A DNA stretch of 64,000 bases, taken from positions 89,293 through 153,292 of the IMG/VR virus record IMGVR_UViG_3300044658_000058; one strand, 5' to 3'. Under the pieces are notes generated by a model. That model worked only from the letters and a program-made list of their open reading frames with translations. It was not told where the DNA came from and did no database searches. Source of the stretch: a virus. Both the position numbers and the translations under genes were made by a program. The number at the start of each line of letters is the position of its first letter. The stretch's first letter is position 1. Below are positions 45,893 through 55,606 of this stretch, piece by piece.

Positions 45893-46221
45893 TCGAGCCC
45901 AAGCCTCTTTTCTTCCTTGGCCATTTCAGCCAATGCAGCCCTTTGTGCGGCTTCTTCGGCTTCATATTCGCTCTTTTCCTTGAAGGTCAGAACGCCATAA
46001 AGTTCTTCAAGCCGTCCGAATGAAAATTCCCACACATAGTGGTTGTCGGACAGTTTGAGAATGTCCGGAAAATCCCGCACATCCAAACCGGCTTCGGTGG
46101 CATCGATTTGAAATTGCAGATTGTTGTTCAGCCCGGAATTGTTGCGAATTTTCACGAATTTCCGCATACGAGCGATGTTCAGCTTGTCTCGGAATTCATC
46201 CTTTCTTGCCGCCTTCGTCAT
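45889..46221 (-). CDS. hypothetical protein
   Basis: GAGG RBS. Confidence 0.7.
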   Translation of the reverse strand: MTKAARKDEFRDKLNIARMRKFVKIRNNSGLNNNLQFQIDATEAGLDVRDFPDILKLSDNHYVWEFSFGRLEELYGVLTFKEKSEYEAEEAAQRAALAEMAKEEKRLGLE

Positions 46222-46402
46222 TGCCCAAGTTCCTCTTTACAATGTCAGCACATTTCGGATGAAAATAATCACGAAATGGCTTGCCGTTCTTGATCAACCG
46301 AAATGCCACAGTGCCTTTTGGTTTCCCGCAATGGCCGCATACACGTTCAACAAATTTTGGTCTTGGGTATGCGTCTGGCACGATTCGAGTCCTTTTCCCG
46401 AT

Positions 46403-46430
46403 CATATAATGAGAATGTAGAGAATGTCAA
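46403..46430 (-). promoter_or_regulatory. sigma70-type early promoter heading the long minus-strand accessory block
   Basis: TTGACATTCTCTACATTCTCATTATATG, nearly identical to 61894-61921. Confidence 0.75.
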
Positions 46431-46454
46431 GCCCGGTAGGGTTTAATGTTGGCA

Positions 46455-46462
46455 TATAAATA
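46455..46462 (+). promoter_or_regulatory. T4-type late promoter TATAAATA
   Basis: Exact motif upstream of gp54. Confidence 0.75.
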
Positions 46463-46493
46463 GATTCACATCAACCATGGAATCTATGTCGAA

Positions 46494-47045
46494 ATGCCTT
46501 TTAATATCAACGATTTCCTATCCAACCTGAACAAGGGCGGCGTTGCCAAGTCAGCCAATTATGAAGTCATGATTCAGCGGCCTTTCGGTAACACGTCAGG
46601 GCAAGAACGTGACATGATGTTCAGAGTATCAGCTTGCACAACTCCCGGCAGACGAATTGATACGACTGATATTCAAGATTATTCAATGCCTCGTTACGTC
46701 GGATATCAAACACAATTGGAAGATGTATCCATGCGTATCCTTCTTTCCGAGGATTTGCGTGAAAAGGAATATTTCGAGGAATGGCTAGACGCTATCGGCG
46801 GAAATTATCGTCTAGATCAATTGAATTCTCAAATGTTCGACATCGGGTTCTATGATGACTACGCTCTAAATACAGTGGTCCAAATCACTCAATTCGACGC
46901 CACAGGCGAACCAACACATATCCACACACTCAAAGAAGCTTACCCAATCTCCGTAGGATCATTGGACGGTTCATGGGACACCGATGAAGTAATGTATCTT
47001 GATGTAATCTGGAAATACAGATTTTATACTTCCCTTATACTTTAA
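46494..47045 (+). CDS. gp54: baseplate tail tube initiator gp54-like
   Basis: INDF...L..GG.A..A.YEV, PGR, FE.W, L.EAYP..V, V.W.YR tail-tube-fold motifs. Confidence 0.75.
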   Translation: MPFNINDFLSNLNKGGVAKSANYEVMIQRPFGNTSGQERDMMFRVSACTTPGRRIDTTDIQDYSMPRYVGYQTQLEDVSMRILLSEDLREKEYFEEWLDAIGGNYRLDQLNSQMFDIGFYDDYALNTVVQITQFDATGEPTHIHTLKEAYPISVGSLDGSWDTDEVMYLDVIWKYRFYTSLIL

Positions 47046-47058
47046 CAGAGGATAAATT

Positions 47059-47766
47059 TTGCTACCTACTATTTCTGTCGCTACTTATACGACAAATTTG
47101 ATCAGTGATAATAGAAAAGTTGAATTCAGACCATTTCTTGCGAAGGAACAGAAAGCTTTGCTTATGGCCATCGAAGGAAACGATATTCAGGAAATCATCC
47201 ATTCGGTTATGAACGTTTTGAAAGCTTGCATCATTACGCCCGGCATTGATGTCTTCAAGCTTCCATCATTCGACATTCAGCACTTGTTCCTAGAATTGCG
47301 CAAGCGTTCGGTGGAGGAAGTCATAGAGCTAAAAATGCGTCATCCGGAAAGCGATCATTCCGAATGTCAACATGCACAAAAGATCACACTGAACCTGAAT
47401 TCGGTTGTGGTTGAACGTGATCCGACACATACAAAGAAGATTAAGATTAATGATGATATTGGTGTGGTTATGAGATACCCAAATTCTAATATGTTTGAGA
47501 AATATGCGGGTGGAACAGTTCAGAATGTGTTTGGTTTAATTTCTGAATGCATCGAGTCTGTATTCGATAAGGAAAATGTGTACTCAGAGTTCACATTACC
47601 AGAGATTTCCAAATGGCTTGAACAACTAACACCAGAACAATTACAAATGATTACGAATTTCTTCCATACGATGCCTTCACTACGTTTTGATATCAAATAC
47701 AAATGTAAAGGATGTGGGGAAGATGTAGAACATCGTTTGGAGGGAATATCTGATTTTTTTATCTAG
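47059..47766 (+). CDS. gp26: baseplate hub subunit/tail chaperone gp26
   Basis: LP.I...Y, FRPFL.KE.K.LL.A, FD...LFL.LR..SV.E, MRYP, FF.TMP, LEG..DFF. Confidence 0.9.
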   Translation: MLPTISVATYTTNLISDNRKVEFRPFLAKEQKALLMAIEGNDIQEIIHSVMNVLKACIITPGIDVFKLPSFDIQHLFLELRKRSVEEVIELKMRHPESDHSECQHAQKITLNLNSVVVERDPTHTKKIKINDDIGVVMRYPNSNMFEKYAGGTVQNVFGLISECIESVFDKENVYSEFTLPEISKWLEQLTPEQLQMITNFFHTMPSLRFDIKYKCKGCGEDVEHRLEGISDFFI

Positions 47767-47768
47767 GG

Positions 47769-47945
47769 ATGTGTCATGATAGCCTAGAAAATCATTACAT
47801 GCAAAACTTCTATCTCATGTTCGATTATGATCAAAATATGGATTATTGGGATAACATGATACCTTTTGAGCGTGAAATTTACATGACCATCCTAGCCCAA
47901 CGAATTGAAGAGAGACAACAACAAGCGGCCCATGACAGACAATAA
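47769..47945 (+). CDS. gp51: baseplate hub assembly catalyst gp51-like
   Basis: Not in the track (58 aa): MCHDSLENHYMQNFYLM...DNMIPFEREIYM..L. Confidence 0.8.
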   Translation: MCHDSLENHYMQNFYLMFDYDQNMDYWDNMIPFEREIYMTILAQRIEERQQQAAHDRQ

Positions 47946-49839
47946 CGGAACAGCACAGACACCGCCGCAAGGCAAGCCACAGTTACCAACACCCCCAAAA
48001 ACAGATATTTGGGGACGGGAATTGCCATTGCCTGTCGTCAATCCCAATCAGAAACAAGATGATGAAAAGCGTGACAAGGCGCTTGCAAATTCTATTGAAA
48101 AGGTCGTGTCTGAAAATTCCGAAATCATGTCGGATATCGTCAAGCAGTTCAAGGTTTACACGGACTCCATTCGAGCATCCAACCAAAACTTTCTATTGAA
48201 ACAAGGCCGTCTCATGCTGGCCGAAATGCGCAAGTCGTTCTTGGCTACCATGGCTGATGAGGCCGCTAAGTCTGGTGACGATGCTAAGGCCGGAACGGTA
48301 AACTATACTTTGCGTGTAGTCACCAACAATCTCGACCGTTTGATTAAAGAACAGGAAGAAAACAACAAAGCTGTTCAGGAGAAAATGGACAAGGCGAACC
48401 AAATCGCCTCTGAAAATTTACAGAATGCACAGGCCGAATCAAAGGAAGACGCCAAGGCCCGCAAAGCCAAGGAAAAAGCCGATCAAAAGGCTGAAATCCT
48501 TCGCAAAAAGAAGGAGGCCGAGGAAAAGGAAAATTTCAAAGAAGGCGCATTCATTAAAAATATTAGAAAATTTTTGATAGGGCAGACAGCCGCAGAGCGC
48601 CGTGAAGAAGCCAAGAAAAATCCTAAGCGCAGTGGCGGCATATTGGATTTGGACTTCTCAATTGGTGGCCTTGCTAATCTATTGATGAAAATCACATTTG
48701 GTGCAGCCGGTTTATTCGCAGTTCTTGGCACCAAAGGTGTGGATCAGTTGATAACAAAGCTCATTCCGTCATTGGTCGAAATAGCAACTGTCATCAATGA
48801 CAAAGTTATCGACCCTATGATGAATACTTTGTTCAAAACTTTGAAAGACGTTGTTATTCTTCCTGCTTTAAAACAACTTGGTTTGAAGGACGAAAATACT
48901 CCCGTAACTGATTTGTTGTTCGATAAGAGCAAAGGTCAGAAGCCTAAAACCATGCCGGACTATAATCCTATGGAACCCGATGGCTCATTCAATCCTTTTG
49001 ATCTTAAGCATTCAAAGAAAGTACTAAGCGACGTTTGGGACGCTGCAACCAATTGGTATCATGAAATGGTGAAAAAGCAGGATATCATTAATGGTGCCGT
49101 GTCGCAGCCTAACCCTCCGGTTATCCTGAATTCCAATGAATATGCAATGCAACAGCAAGCGGAAAATGGTCCAAGAGCCTTGGCCGCAGGCGAGCGTAAA
49201 GCACGTTCATTAGACGAAACACCACTTCCATACAGTAAGCCAGAAATCGACAAAAATCCTTTGTCGAAACAGGACATGCTCGTCGCCAAGATGGCACAGG
49301 AAGACGAGGACAAAGCCCGTGCTTCTCGCATATCTAGCGCAATGGAAATCAAATCGGCACGTGAAGATGCTTTGCCTCAATCGTTCAAGGATTCCGTGAA
49401 TAATTTCTTCGGAACAGTCGCCAAGAAATTGGATGATGAACGTAAAAAGGAAAAGAAAGATATTGCCGAAAAGAAGACACAGATTGGCAATGCGTTCGGG
49501 TCATGGGTTTCCGGTTTGGAAAGCGCTATGCAAGATACTTTCAAAAGCTTTGTCGATAGTGTGTCCAATTCTAGCAAAACCAATGATTTTCAGATGATGT
49601 TGAATGGCATGGATGCCATCGGCAACGGCAATTCCTTCAACAATTTGCTTGATAGTATGGATAAATACAAAGCTACAACTGACAAAATGAAAGCGGACAC
49701 AAGAGTTAAACCTACACAACCCGCTCCAATCATTGTTCAAGCACCAAGCACGGTTAACCAATCGACCAATGTTTCAAATGGAACAACGATTAATGCCGGT
49801 GTTGGTGTTGGCAATAGAAGAAAATTCCTTGGAAGATAA
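47932..49839 (+). CDS. gp29-like tape measure/baseplate hub protein
   Basis: Long helical, charged protein after gp26/gp51; C-terminal PIIV.AP..VN..TN typical of gp29; start ATG 47932. Confidence 0.6.
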   Translation: MTDNNGTAQTPPQGKPQLPTPPKTDIWGRELPLPVVNPNQKQDDEKRDKALANSIEKVVSENSEIMSDIVKQFKVYTDSIRASNQNFLLKQGRLMLAEMRKSFLATMADEAAKSGDDAKAGTVNYTLRVVTNNLDRLIKEQEENNKAVQEKMDKANQIASENLQNAQAESKEDAKARKAKEKADQKAEILRKKKEAEEKENFKEGAFIKNIRKFLIGQTAAERREEAKKNPKRSGGILDLDFSIGGLANLLMKITFGAAGLFAVLGTKGVDQLITKLIPSLVEIATVINDKVIDPMMNTLFKTLKDVVILPALKQLGLKDENTPVTDLLFDKSKGQKPKTMPDYNPMEPDGSFNPFDLKHSKKVLSDVWDAATNWYHEMVKKQDIINGAVSQPNPPVILNSNEYAMQQQAENGPRALAAGERKARSLDETPLPYSKPEIDKNPLSKQDMLVAKMAQEDEDKARASRISSAMEIKSAREDALPQSFKDSVNNFFGTVAKKLDDERKKEKKDIAEKKTQIGNAFGSWVSGLESAMQDTFKSFVDSVSNSSKTNDFQMMLNGMDAIGNGNSFNNLLDSMDKYKATTDKMKADTRVKPTQPAPIIVQAPSTVNQSTNVSNGTTINAGVGVGNRRKFLGR

Positions 49840-50558
49840 TGCCAGCTTTTACCATACAACGCATTCTTGAAGACGCTGCAAAGAAAAACCAGATTTTCCA
49901 GAAAAATGAAGAATCACACAAATGGTTCTATGAAAGGGCTAGAAGAACATTCGTAAGTTCTTCTAGCCTTATTCGTGAGTACTCACAATCTGATTTGAGA
50001 ACGACAACACAACTTCAAATTGGATGCCTGTATTTTTTCTTCTATGACCCAAAATGGAAGGATGAGCTACCATATTATGATCGCTTCCCGTGTGTGTTTC
50101 TAACTGATGTGTGGAAGGATGCAGGCGGGCGCACACAATATGCCGGTCTGAACCTTCACTATCTTCCATATAAACAACGTGCATTGCTTATGGATGCACT
50201 GCTTGATCTAGAGAATAACGCCACTCTCACGAAAGATAAGAAGCTCAAAATTTCGTATGGAATTTTAAAAAAGGCAGCAGCGAACAAGTGGTTTCGCCCC
50301 ACATATAAGCGCTATCTAAAATCTCACATTCGCTCTCGTCTCGTTAAGGTTCCATATGAAGAATGGACAGTAGCGACATTCTTACCAGTTCAGGAATTCG
50401 AGAAAGCCACAGTGCGTGATGTGTGGGCCGACTCTATTCGTCGCATTCAAGGCAAGCCACGAAAGCCTAGAAACAAGTCGGGCAAATCTAGTTCTGTAAA
50501 GCCTACATCGGTTAAGGCAGTGAAACCAAGACGTAACCGAAATACACCAACAAAATAA
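49839..50558 (+). CDS. gp2: DNA end protector gp2
   Basis: G.LYFF.YDPK.KD.LPYYDRFP, GLNLHYLP, KRYL..H.RS, W..A.FLP. Confidence 0.92.
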   Translation: MPAFTIQRILEDAAKKNQIFQKNEESHKWFYERARRTFVSSSSLIREYSQSDLRTTTQLQIGCLYFFFYDPKWKDELPYYDRFPCVFLTDVWKDAGGRTQYAGLNLHYLPYKQRALLMDALLDLENNATLTKDKKLKISYGILKKAAANKWFRPTYKRYLKSHIRSRLVKVPYEEWTVATFLPVQEFEKATVRDVWADSIRRIQGKPRKPRNKSGKSSSVKPTSVKAVKPRRNRNTPTK

Positions 50559-50577
50559 GGGATTTTTGAACTAACTT

Positions 50578-50931
50578 ATGAATTTATTTACTAAAGACGA
50601 AACCAAAGCATTTATTAAGTACTTCGCCATTAAATATATGACTGACACTTACTTTGAATTTAATGAGGAAGTGACAAGGAAAACTTTCGAAAGAAAACTT
50701 AACGCTAAGCTAGAAAAGCTTAAGTATGTAACGCCGATTGAAAAATGGGTTGTAGCATGTGATGAAAACAATAACACACAATCGATTATCGATGGTAATC
50801 TATTCGTTGCTGATATCTACATGAAGTTCGAAGGCGATGCAGATTTCGAAATCTTCAATTTAGTTGCTACTCACACAGGAATAGATATGTCAGAAATACA
50901 TGGAAATATTCTGATGCCAAAGGAAGAATAA
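50578..50931 (+). CDS. stand-alone tail sheath C-terminal-domain-like protein
   Basis: FEFNE..TR..F, V.CDE.NNT...ID.N.FVADIY.K, N.VAT.TG....EI match the gp18 C-terminus. Confidence 0.7.
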   Translation: MNLFTKDETKAFIKYFAIKYMTDTYFEFNEEVTRKTFERKLNAKLEKLKYVTPIEKWVVACDENNNTQSIIDGNLFVADIYMKFEGDADFEIFNLVATHTGIDMSEIHGNILMPKEE

Positions 50932-50941
50932 AAAAGACTAA

Positions 50942-52525
50942 ATGTATAACGGGTTGGAATACCTCCGGGGCACGGGCGAGCAAATCGACTATACCCCGGA
51001 GATGCAGGCAGAAATCGTAAAGTGCTATAAGAGCTACGAATACTTTGTAGAAAACTACATTAAGATTGACGACAACTCCGGTAATCTCAATCTAATCAAG
51101 CTATACGATTATCAGAAGCGTCTACTTAATCTTATTCACTCAAACAGATTCGTTATTTGTAAGTTCCCTCGCCAATGTGGCAAGACTACTTCGATGGCGA
51201 CCTATATTGTTTGGTGTATCATCTTCAAAAAGCGTTTCAAGGTAGGTGTTGCCGCCGACAAGGACGAAACGGCGACAGAAATTATGGATCGTGTGAAGAC
51301 CGCCTATGAAAATCTGCCATATTGGATGCAGCAAGGCGTTAAGAAATGGGATGCTCACAAAGTCGTGCTGGAAAATGGTTCCCGTGTTGACGCTTCTGCT
51401 ACCACCAAAAAGACCATGCGTGGTAAGACCTACAACCTTGTTTTGCTTGACGAATTTGCCTTCGTTGACCAGAACATTGCCGACCCATTCTATACCGCTA
51501 TTTACCCCGTTATTTCGAAGTTCAATCCTGCCCTTCGTATCGAGGACCAGACAAAGCTTGTGATCATCTCGACGCCGAACGGCATGAATCACTATCACAA
51601 GCTCTATGTGGAAGCGGAAAAGAAACAGAATACTTTTAAGAACATCGAAATTCGCTGGTATGAAGTTCCGGGCCGTGATGAAAAGTTCAAGGAAGAAACG
51701 CTTCGAAACATCGGTGAAGACCGTTGGGAACAAGAATATGATGGCTCATTCCTTGGTGCCTCTACCAGCTTGATTCCACCTAAGAAGCTCAAAACGCTTA
51801 CTTGGGAAACGCCATTTGAAACATTCGAGGATATGGAGTTTTATCGCCAGCCCGAGCCCGGCCACACTTACTTCATTTCTGTTGACGTGTGCCGTGGTCG
51901 TGGTTTGGACTATCACGCTATGTCGATTATAGATATCACTCAGCTACCATATGTTGTGTGCGCTACGTATCACAACAACGTATTGGACACGATGCTTTAT
52001 CCAACTCTGATTGTGAATATGGCCAAGAGATACAATGATGCTTTTGTGCTTATCGAGTTGAATGATATCGGTAAGCAAGTCGCTGATATCTGTGTGGAAT
52101 TAGAATATGAAAATTTGCTCTCGACTGCTTCGAAAGGCCGTTCAGGACAGGTCTTGACGGTTGAAACTGGTAATGCCATGGGTCTTACCATGACGAAGCC
52201 GGTCAAATCGACAGGCTGCTCTAACCTTAAATCATTGATTATTAACGACCAATTGATCCTGAACGATTACAAATATATTCAGGAATTGACCACATTCGAA
52301 ATCGCCTCTGGTCAATATAAGGCAGCGCCCGGTGCGCATGACGATATGGTCATGTCTTTGGTAACGTTCGCATGGGCGACAACAGAAGTTTACTTCCAAG
52401 ATTTGTTGGATGCTAACATTCGTGAAATGTTGTTCACAAAGCGCATCCAACAAATGGAGGAAGATTTAGTGCCAGTTGGATTCCTAGGTGAAATGGCTGG
52501 CGAAGACGATATAGTTGATTTCTAA
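50942..52525 (+). CDS. gp17: terminase large subunit gp17
   Basis: YDYQ, PRQCGKTT Walker A, LLDEFAFV Walker B, ISTPNGMNH, HDDMVM. Confidence 0.97.
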   Translation: MYNGLEYLRGTGEQIDYTPEMQAEIVKCYKSYEYFVENYIKIDDNSGNLNLIKLYDYQKRLLNLIHSNRFVICKFPRQCGKTTSMATYIVWCIIFKKRFKVGVAADKDETATEIMDRVKTAYENLPYWMQQGVKKWDAHKVVLENGSRVDASATTKKTMRGKTYNLVLLDEFAFVDQNIADPFYTAIYPVISKFNPALRIEDQTKLVIISTPNGMNHYHKLYVEAEKKQNTFKNIEIRWYEVPGRDEKFKEETLRNIGEDRWEQEYDGSFLGASTSLIPPKKLKTLTWETPFETFEDMEFYRQPEPGHTYFISVDVCRGRGLDYHAMSIIDITQLPYVVCATYHNNVLDTMLYPTLIVNMAKRYNDAFVLIELNDIGKQVADICVELEYENLLSTASKGRSGQVLTVETGNAMGLTMTKPVKSTGCSNLKSLIINDQLILNDYKYIQELTTFEIASGQYKAAPGAHDDMVMSLVTFAWATTEVYFQDLLDANIREMLFTKRIQQMEEDLVPVGFLGEMAGEDDIVDF

Positions 52526-52935
52526 TCGGTGAACTTGATCAATTCGCCTTCAACGGAGTCGATGATTAAAAGACCTTTCTTGGTTCCCATTTTTAGGAAA
52601 GTTCGAAACCAATAATCTTTTGACGTTGGTATGAAAAGGCTATCGCAGATAATCCAATCGTACTTCTTTTCGGCATACACCAACAAATGTAGCCAGTACT
52701 GATAACCGCCTGTAGCAGGCATGGCTTTCACACCTTCATGAAGCTTGAAAGCCTTTAATGCATCGATCTTGTTTTCAAGATAGAGAACACGTTCCCCGCA
52801 CATCGCCCGCTGATTGGCAAAATTGACCATGAATGTGGTTGCGCCACACCCCCGAGGAAGTCTGTATTCAAATATGCGTCTACAGTCATTGTCGGTTTTT
52901 TCGATGTCTTCCTTGATCGACTCAAATGTGTCCAT
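52522..52935 (-). CDS. small degenerate P-loop-like protein
   Basis: LPRGCGATT and WIICD. Confidence 0.55.
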   Translation of the reverse strand: MDTFESIKEDIEKTDNDCRRIFEYRLPRGCGATTFMVNFANQRAMCGERVLYLENKIDALKAFKLHEGVKAMPATGGYQYWLHLLVYAEKKYDWIICDSLFIPTSKDYWFRTFLKMGTKKGLLIIDSVEGELIKFTD

Positions 52936-53233
52936 TGATCGAAAAATGCCTTTTCACGTTGTCAGGAATTTCATTCCATTGCGAAGTTCGCATTGAAATG
53001 TGGTTCAGATAGCGGCTGTTCATGAAACCATTGTGAAAGTAGCCGATAATCAGTGCCAGTTCGTATGTGGTGATATCTTCCTTTGGTTCATAAGAAAGGT
53101 TGATGCTTCTGTCCCACGTTTCTTTGGCTTGCATATTGAAATTCAGAGAAACAATATCGGGAATATTAACCAAACCAACAAATCTCCACCAAAGGCAGCT
53201 TTGCAGGATCAAACGGTTTGCCTTGTGCTGCAA
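52922..53233 (-). CDS. hypothetical protein (YEPKEDITTYELA)
   Basis: Operon packing; start probably near 53134. Confidence 0.6.
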   Translation of the reverse strand: MQHKANRLILQSCLWWRFVGLVNIPDIVSLNFNMQAKETWDRSINLSYEPKEDITTYELALIIGYFHNGFMNSRYLNHISMRTSQWNEIPDNVKRHFSINGHI

Positions 53234-53423
53234 ACTTCTTACGGCGCAATTCGACTTGCTTGTCAGTCAGCCCAATCCAATGAGCCGTATATTCGATTTC
53301 GTTTGAAGAAAGATATTTAATGAGCTTATCGAGTTTGTCGAAATTAGCTTCGTTGAAGAATCTTGTTTGCATCTTCTTTGTTGTCGTCCTTTCCGATGAA
53401 GAATAAACCAGACATGGTTGCAA
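53166..53423 (-). CDS. hypothetical protein
   Basis: Start probably MQTRFF. Confidence 0.55.
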   Translation of the reverse strand: MQPCLVYSSSERTTTKKMQTRFFNEANFDKLDKLIKYLSSNEIEYTAHWIGLTDKQVELRRKKFAAQGKPFDPAKLPLVEICWFG

Positions 53424-53691
53424 GTTGCGTAATGAAAAACATTTTCACCGTTTCTTCTTCAAATGGTGAAGTATATTCATCATACATTAAACCGAAAATC
53501 TGAACACCATTGTCATCTAGGTGATACAGTTCAAAGTATACATCATGTTGAATAGAGTTACAACAAAGAATAGTTCCCTCAAACCCTCTTCGAATTGTTG
53601 TTATCACATCTTCATCAGTACCGGTAAACCTTGAAATTTCTATGATCCGTTTGTTGTTATAGCGTCCAATCAGATCGTGTATTTTTGACAT
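53344..53691 (-). CDS. hypothetical protein
   Basis: GAGG RBS. Confidence 0.65.
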   Translation of the reverse strand: MSKIHDLIGRYNNKRIIEISRFTGTDEDVITTIRRGFEGTILCCNSIQHDVYFELYHLDDNGVQIFGLMYDEYTSPFEEETVKMFFITQLATMSGLFFIGKDDNKEDANKILQRS

Positions 53692-53723
53692 GTGATAGCC
53701 TCTTCTTTGGTTGTTATAGGGCC

Positions 53724-54365
53724 TTAGATGCCAAACTCTTCCTTGAATTGATGACGGAGCTTGGCAAATTCTAACAGTCGATCCTTTGTATGCCCTTGAA
53801 AAACTTGAAGAGTTCCAAATTCATCCACAACTAGAATTCGATACTTATTTATGGAAATGCCTGTGCGCTCCCTAAACATTTCGGAATAGACGTTGACTTG
53901 CATTCGATAGCCTTCAACGTATTCTTCTTTTTTCTCTTTCGTGGTGCCCTTGAAGTCCACAATTTCAGGTTCTTCAAATTGGCCGATTAGATCGGTTCGA
54001 CCAGCGGTCTTGAATCGTGTCGAATAGAGAGGCGTTTCGATGCACCAAGCCTCTTTCATGTTGTCGTCCAGATGCTTGCGCAACGTGTTGAACAACGAAC
54101 GATGAAATGGTGTTGGCGGTGACACAGGTAGACCGGAGATATAGTCTTCCATCATCTTATGGATGATGTTGCCACGTTCAGCCGCCCGATTACGCTGGAA
54201 TTCGGCTTTCTCTTCGCCTAGTCGCTTTTTCCATCTTTCGAGCCCTTCCTTGGCCCGCAATGAAAGCACAGTGGTTACGCTTGGAAATTTCCCCTCTGGC
54301 GTGAGATAGAAGCGCATATTATTTTCATTTACCGTCTCAATGTCCGGTAGATCGAAATCTCTCAA
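53724..54365 (-). CDS. PD-(D/E)XK exonuclease
   Basis: R.Y.TP.G.FPSVTTVL, RG..IH...E, E..LYS, AGR.D, VDFK, Q...Y..M. Confidence 0.85.
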   Translation of the reverse strand: MRDFDLPDIETVNENNMRFYLTPEGKFPSVTTVLSLRAKEGLERWKKRLGEEKAEFQRNRAAERGNIIHKMMEDYISGLPVSPPTPFHRSLFNTLRKHLDDNMKEAWCIETPLYSTRFKTAGRTDLIGQFEEPEIVDFKGTTKEKKEEYVEGYRMQVNVYSEMFRERTGISINKYRILVVDEFGTLQVFQGHTKDRLLEFAKLRHQFKEEFGI

Positions 54366-54520
54366 TTCTCTTCGGAGTCCGGATGATCTTCCCGGTGGAT
54401 TTCATGAGCATAGGAAATGCCTTCCCAATTATCGACGCCAGCGGCTTCAAGAGAGTCCAACCAAGCATCACGGCGGAGCAATCTATTATATTCTTCAAGT
54501 GTAATTGTAATATTTTCCAT
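54362..54520 (-). CDS. small protein with LEAAGVDNWEG motif
   Basis: Not in the track (52 aa); fills the gap and overlaps the exonuclease start. Confidence 0.65.
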   Translation of the reverse strand: MENITITLEEYNRLLRRDAWLDSLEAAGVDNWEGISYAHEIHREDHPDSEEN

Positions 54521-54526
54521 TAATTT

Positions 54527-54910
54527 TTACCAGCTAAAATCGAGTGTATGACTTGTATATCCACTATCAGTATATTCTACAGAATAATAATTTTGTTTAA
54601 CTTTCACACCCGGCAATTCTTCTTCTAAGAGACGTGTCAAATCATCCCAATCATAATTGAAATAAACTCCATTGTCACCATTACGAATATAACACGATGG
54701 CTTATCTTGGTCAGCCGCAGCTTTCAACTTTGCTTTGATGGTTTCTATATGTGTTTTGACCCATTCCACTTGATGATTGTAGCGGTCTTGGGCCTCTTTT
54801 TCTTTTCTCTTTTCTTCAAGTTCAGATAGCAAAGCATTTTCTTCTTCAATTCTTTTGCGAGCCTCTTGTTGGGCTTGCCTTAGTTCTTCTGCGAAACTAT
54901 ATGCAGACAT
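54527..54910 (-). CDS. hypothetical protein
   Basis: Operon packing. Confidence 0.7.
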   Translation of the reverse strand: MSAYSFAEELRQAQQEARKRIEEENALLSELEEKRKEKEAQDRYNHQVEWVKTHIETIKAKLKAAADQDKPSCYIRNGDNGVYFNYDWDDLTRLLEEELPGVKVKQNYYSVEYTDSGYTSHTLDFSW

Positions 54911-55326
54911 TATTCTTCCTTTTCATATAGGCATTCGCCGTCTATTTCCTCTTGCGTAGCATATCGCAATGTGGCGAATTCAAATTCTTCATCGTCATCA
55001 GTGGTCCAGCCATCGCCACGGTAATAATGACCGATGACTCCTTCCATGACATACCAACCGGGCTGTAGGTCTTCACAAAGCAGATATGTGTTCAACCAAT
55101 AATCGATGCCGCAACCCTCTGCCATCCAAAAAGCAGAGCCGGTGAACATGAAGACTTCAATATCGTACTCTGGATTACCACGCCAATCATCAACAAGGCC
55201 ATGGATTCTAAACAGAATTTCGCCGGGCTCTTTGTAGGAAGGCGGATCATATTCATCGCCTTCGTAATTGGCTTCGATTTCGACGAAAAATTTATCTAAT
55301 TCATCATTCATGGAATTATTATGCAA
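54910..55326 (-). CDS. acidic hypothetical protein
   Basis: D/E-rich ORF. Confidence 0.7.
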   Translation of the reverse strand: MHNNSMNDELDKFFVEIEANYEGDEYDPPSYKEPGEILFRIHGLVDDWRGNPEYDIEVFMFTGSAFWMAEGCGIDYWLNTYLLCEDLQPGWYVMEGVIGHYYRGDGWTTDDDEEFEFATLRYATQEEIDGECLYEKEE

Positions 55327-55378
55327 TCAAGAATCATAATCCCAACTATCAACCCGATACAAATATAATCGATGGTGG

Positions 55379-55606
55379 TCATTTCTTCTCCCATTGAAAA
55401 AGAAGCTGATTATTCTTCATACACTTATACACAACCTTTAGGTCATCTGGATTTGGCATAGAATAATCAATGACAATTTTACCGTCACTTTCAAGACAGG
55501 AAAGACGTTGGTTTATTTGGTTGATTTCTTTATCGTAATGACTGGTGATGCCGATGATAAGGCCCACAAACATACCCATTACCGCAAGGATAAATCCGTT
55601 TATCAC
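55379..55606 (-). CDS. membrane-anchored small protein
   Basis: N-terminal TM, two Cys. Confidence 0.6.
   Translation of the reverse strand: MINGFILAVMGMFVGLIIGITSHYDKEINQINQRLSCLESDGKIVIDYSMPNPDDLKVVYKCMKNNQLLFQWEKK

Noticed and set aside
50942-52525. Intein or intron in the terminase
   Set aside because: Normal length (527 aa) with continuous motifs
53724-54365. Cas4 or CRISPR adaptation gene
   Set aside because: No Fe-S cysteine cluster; a phoH-linked exonuclease is common in T4-like phages
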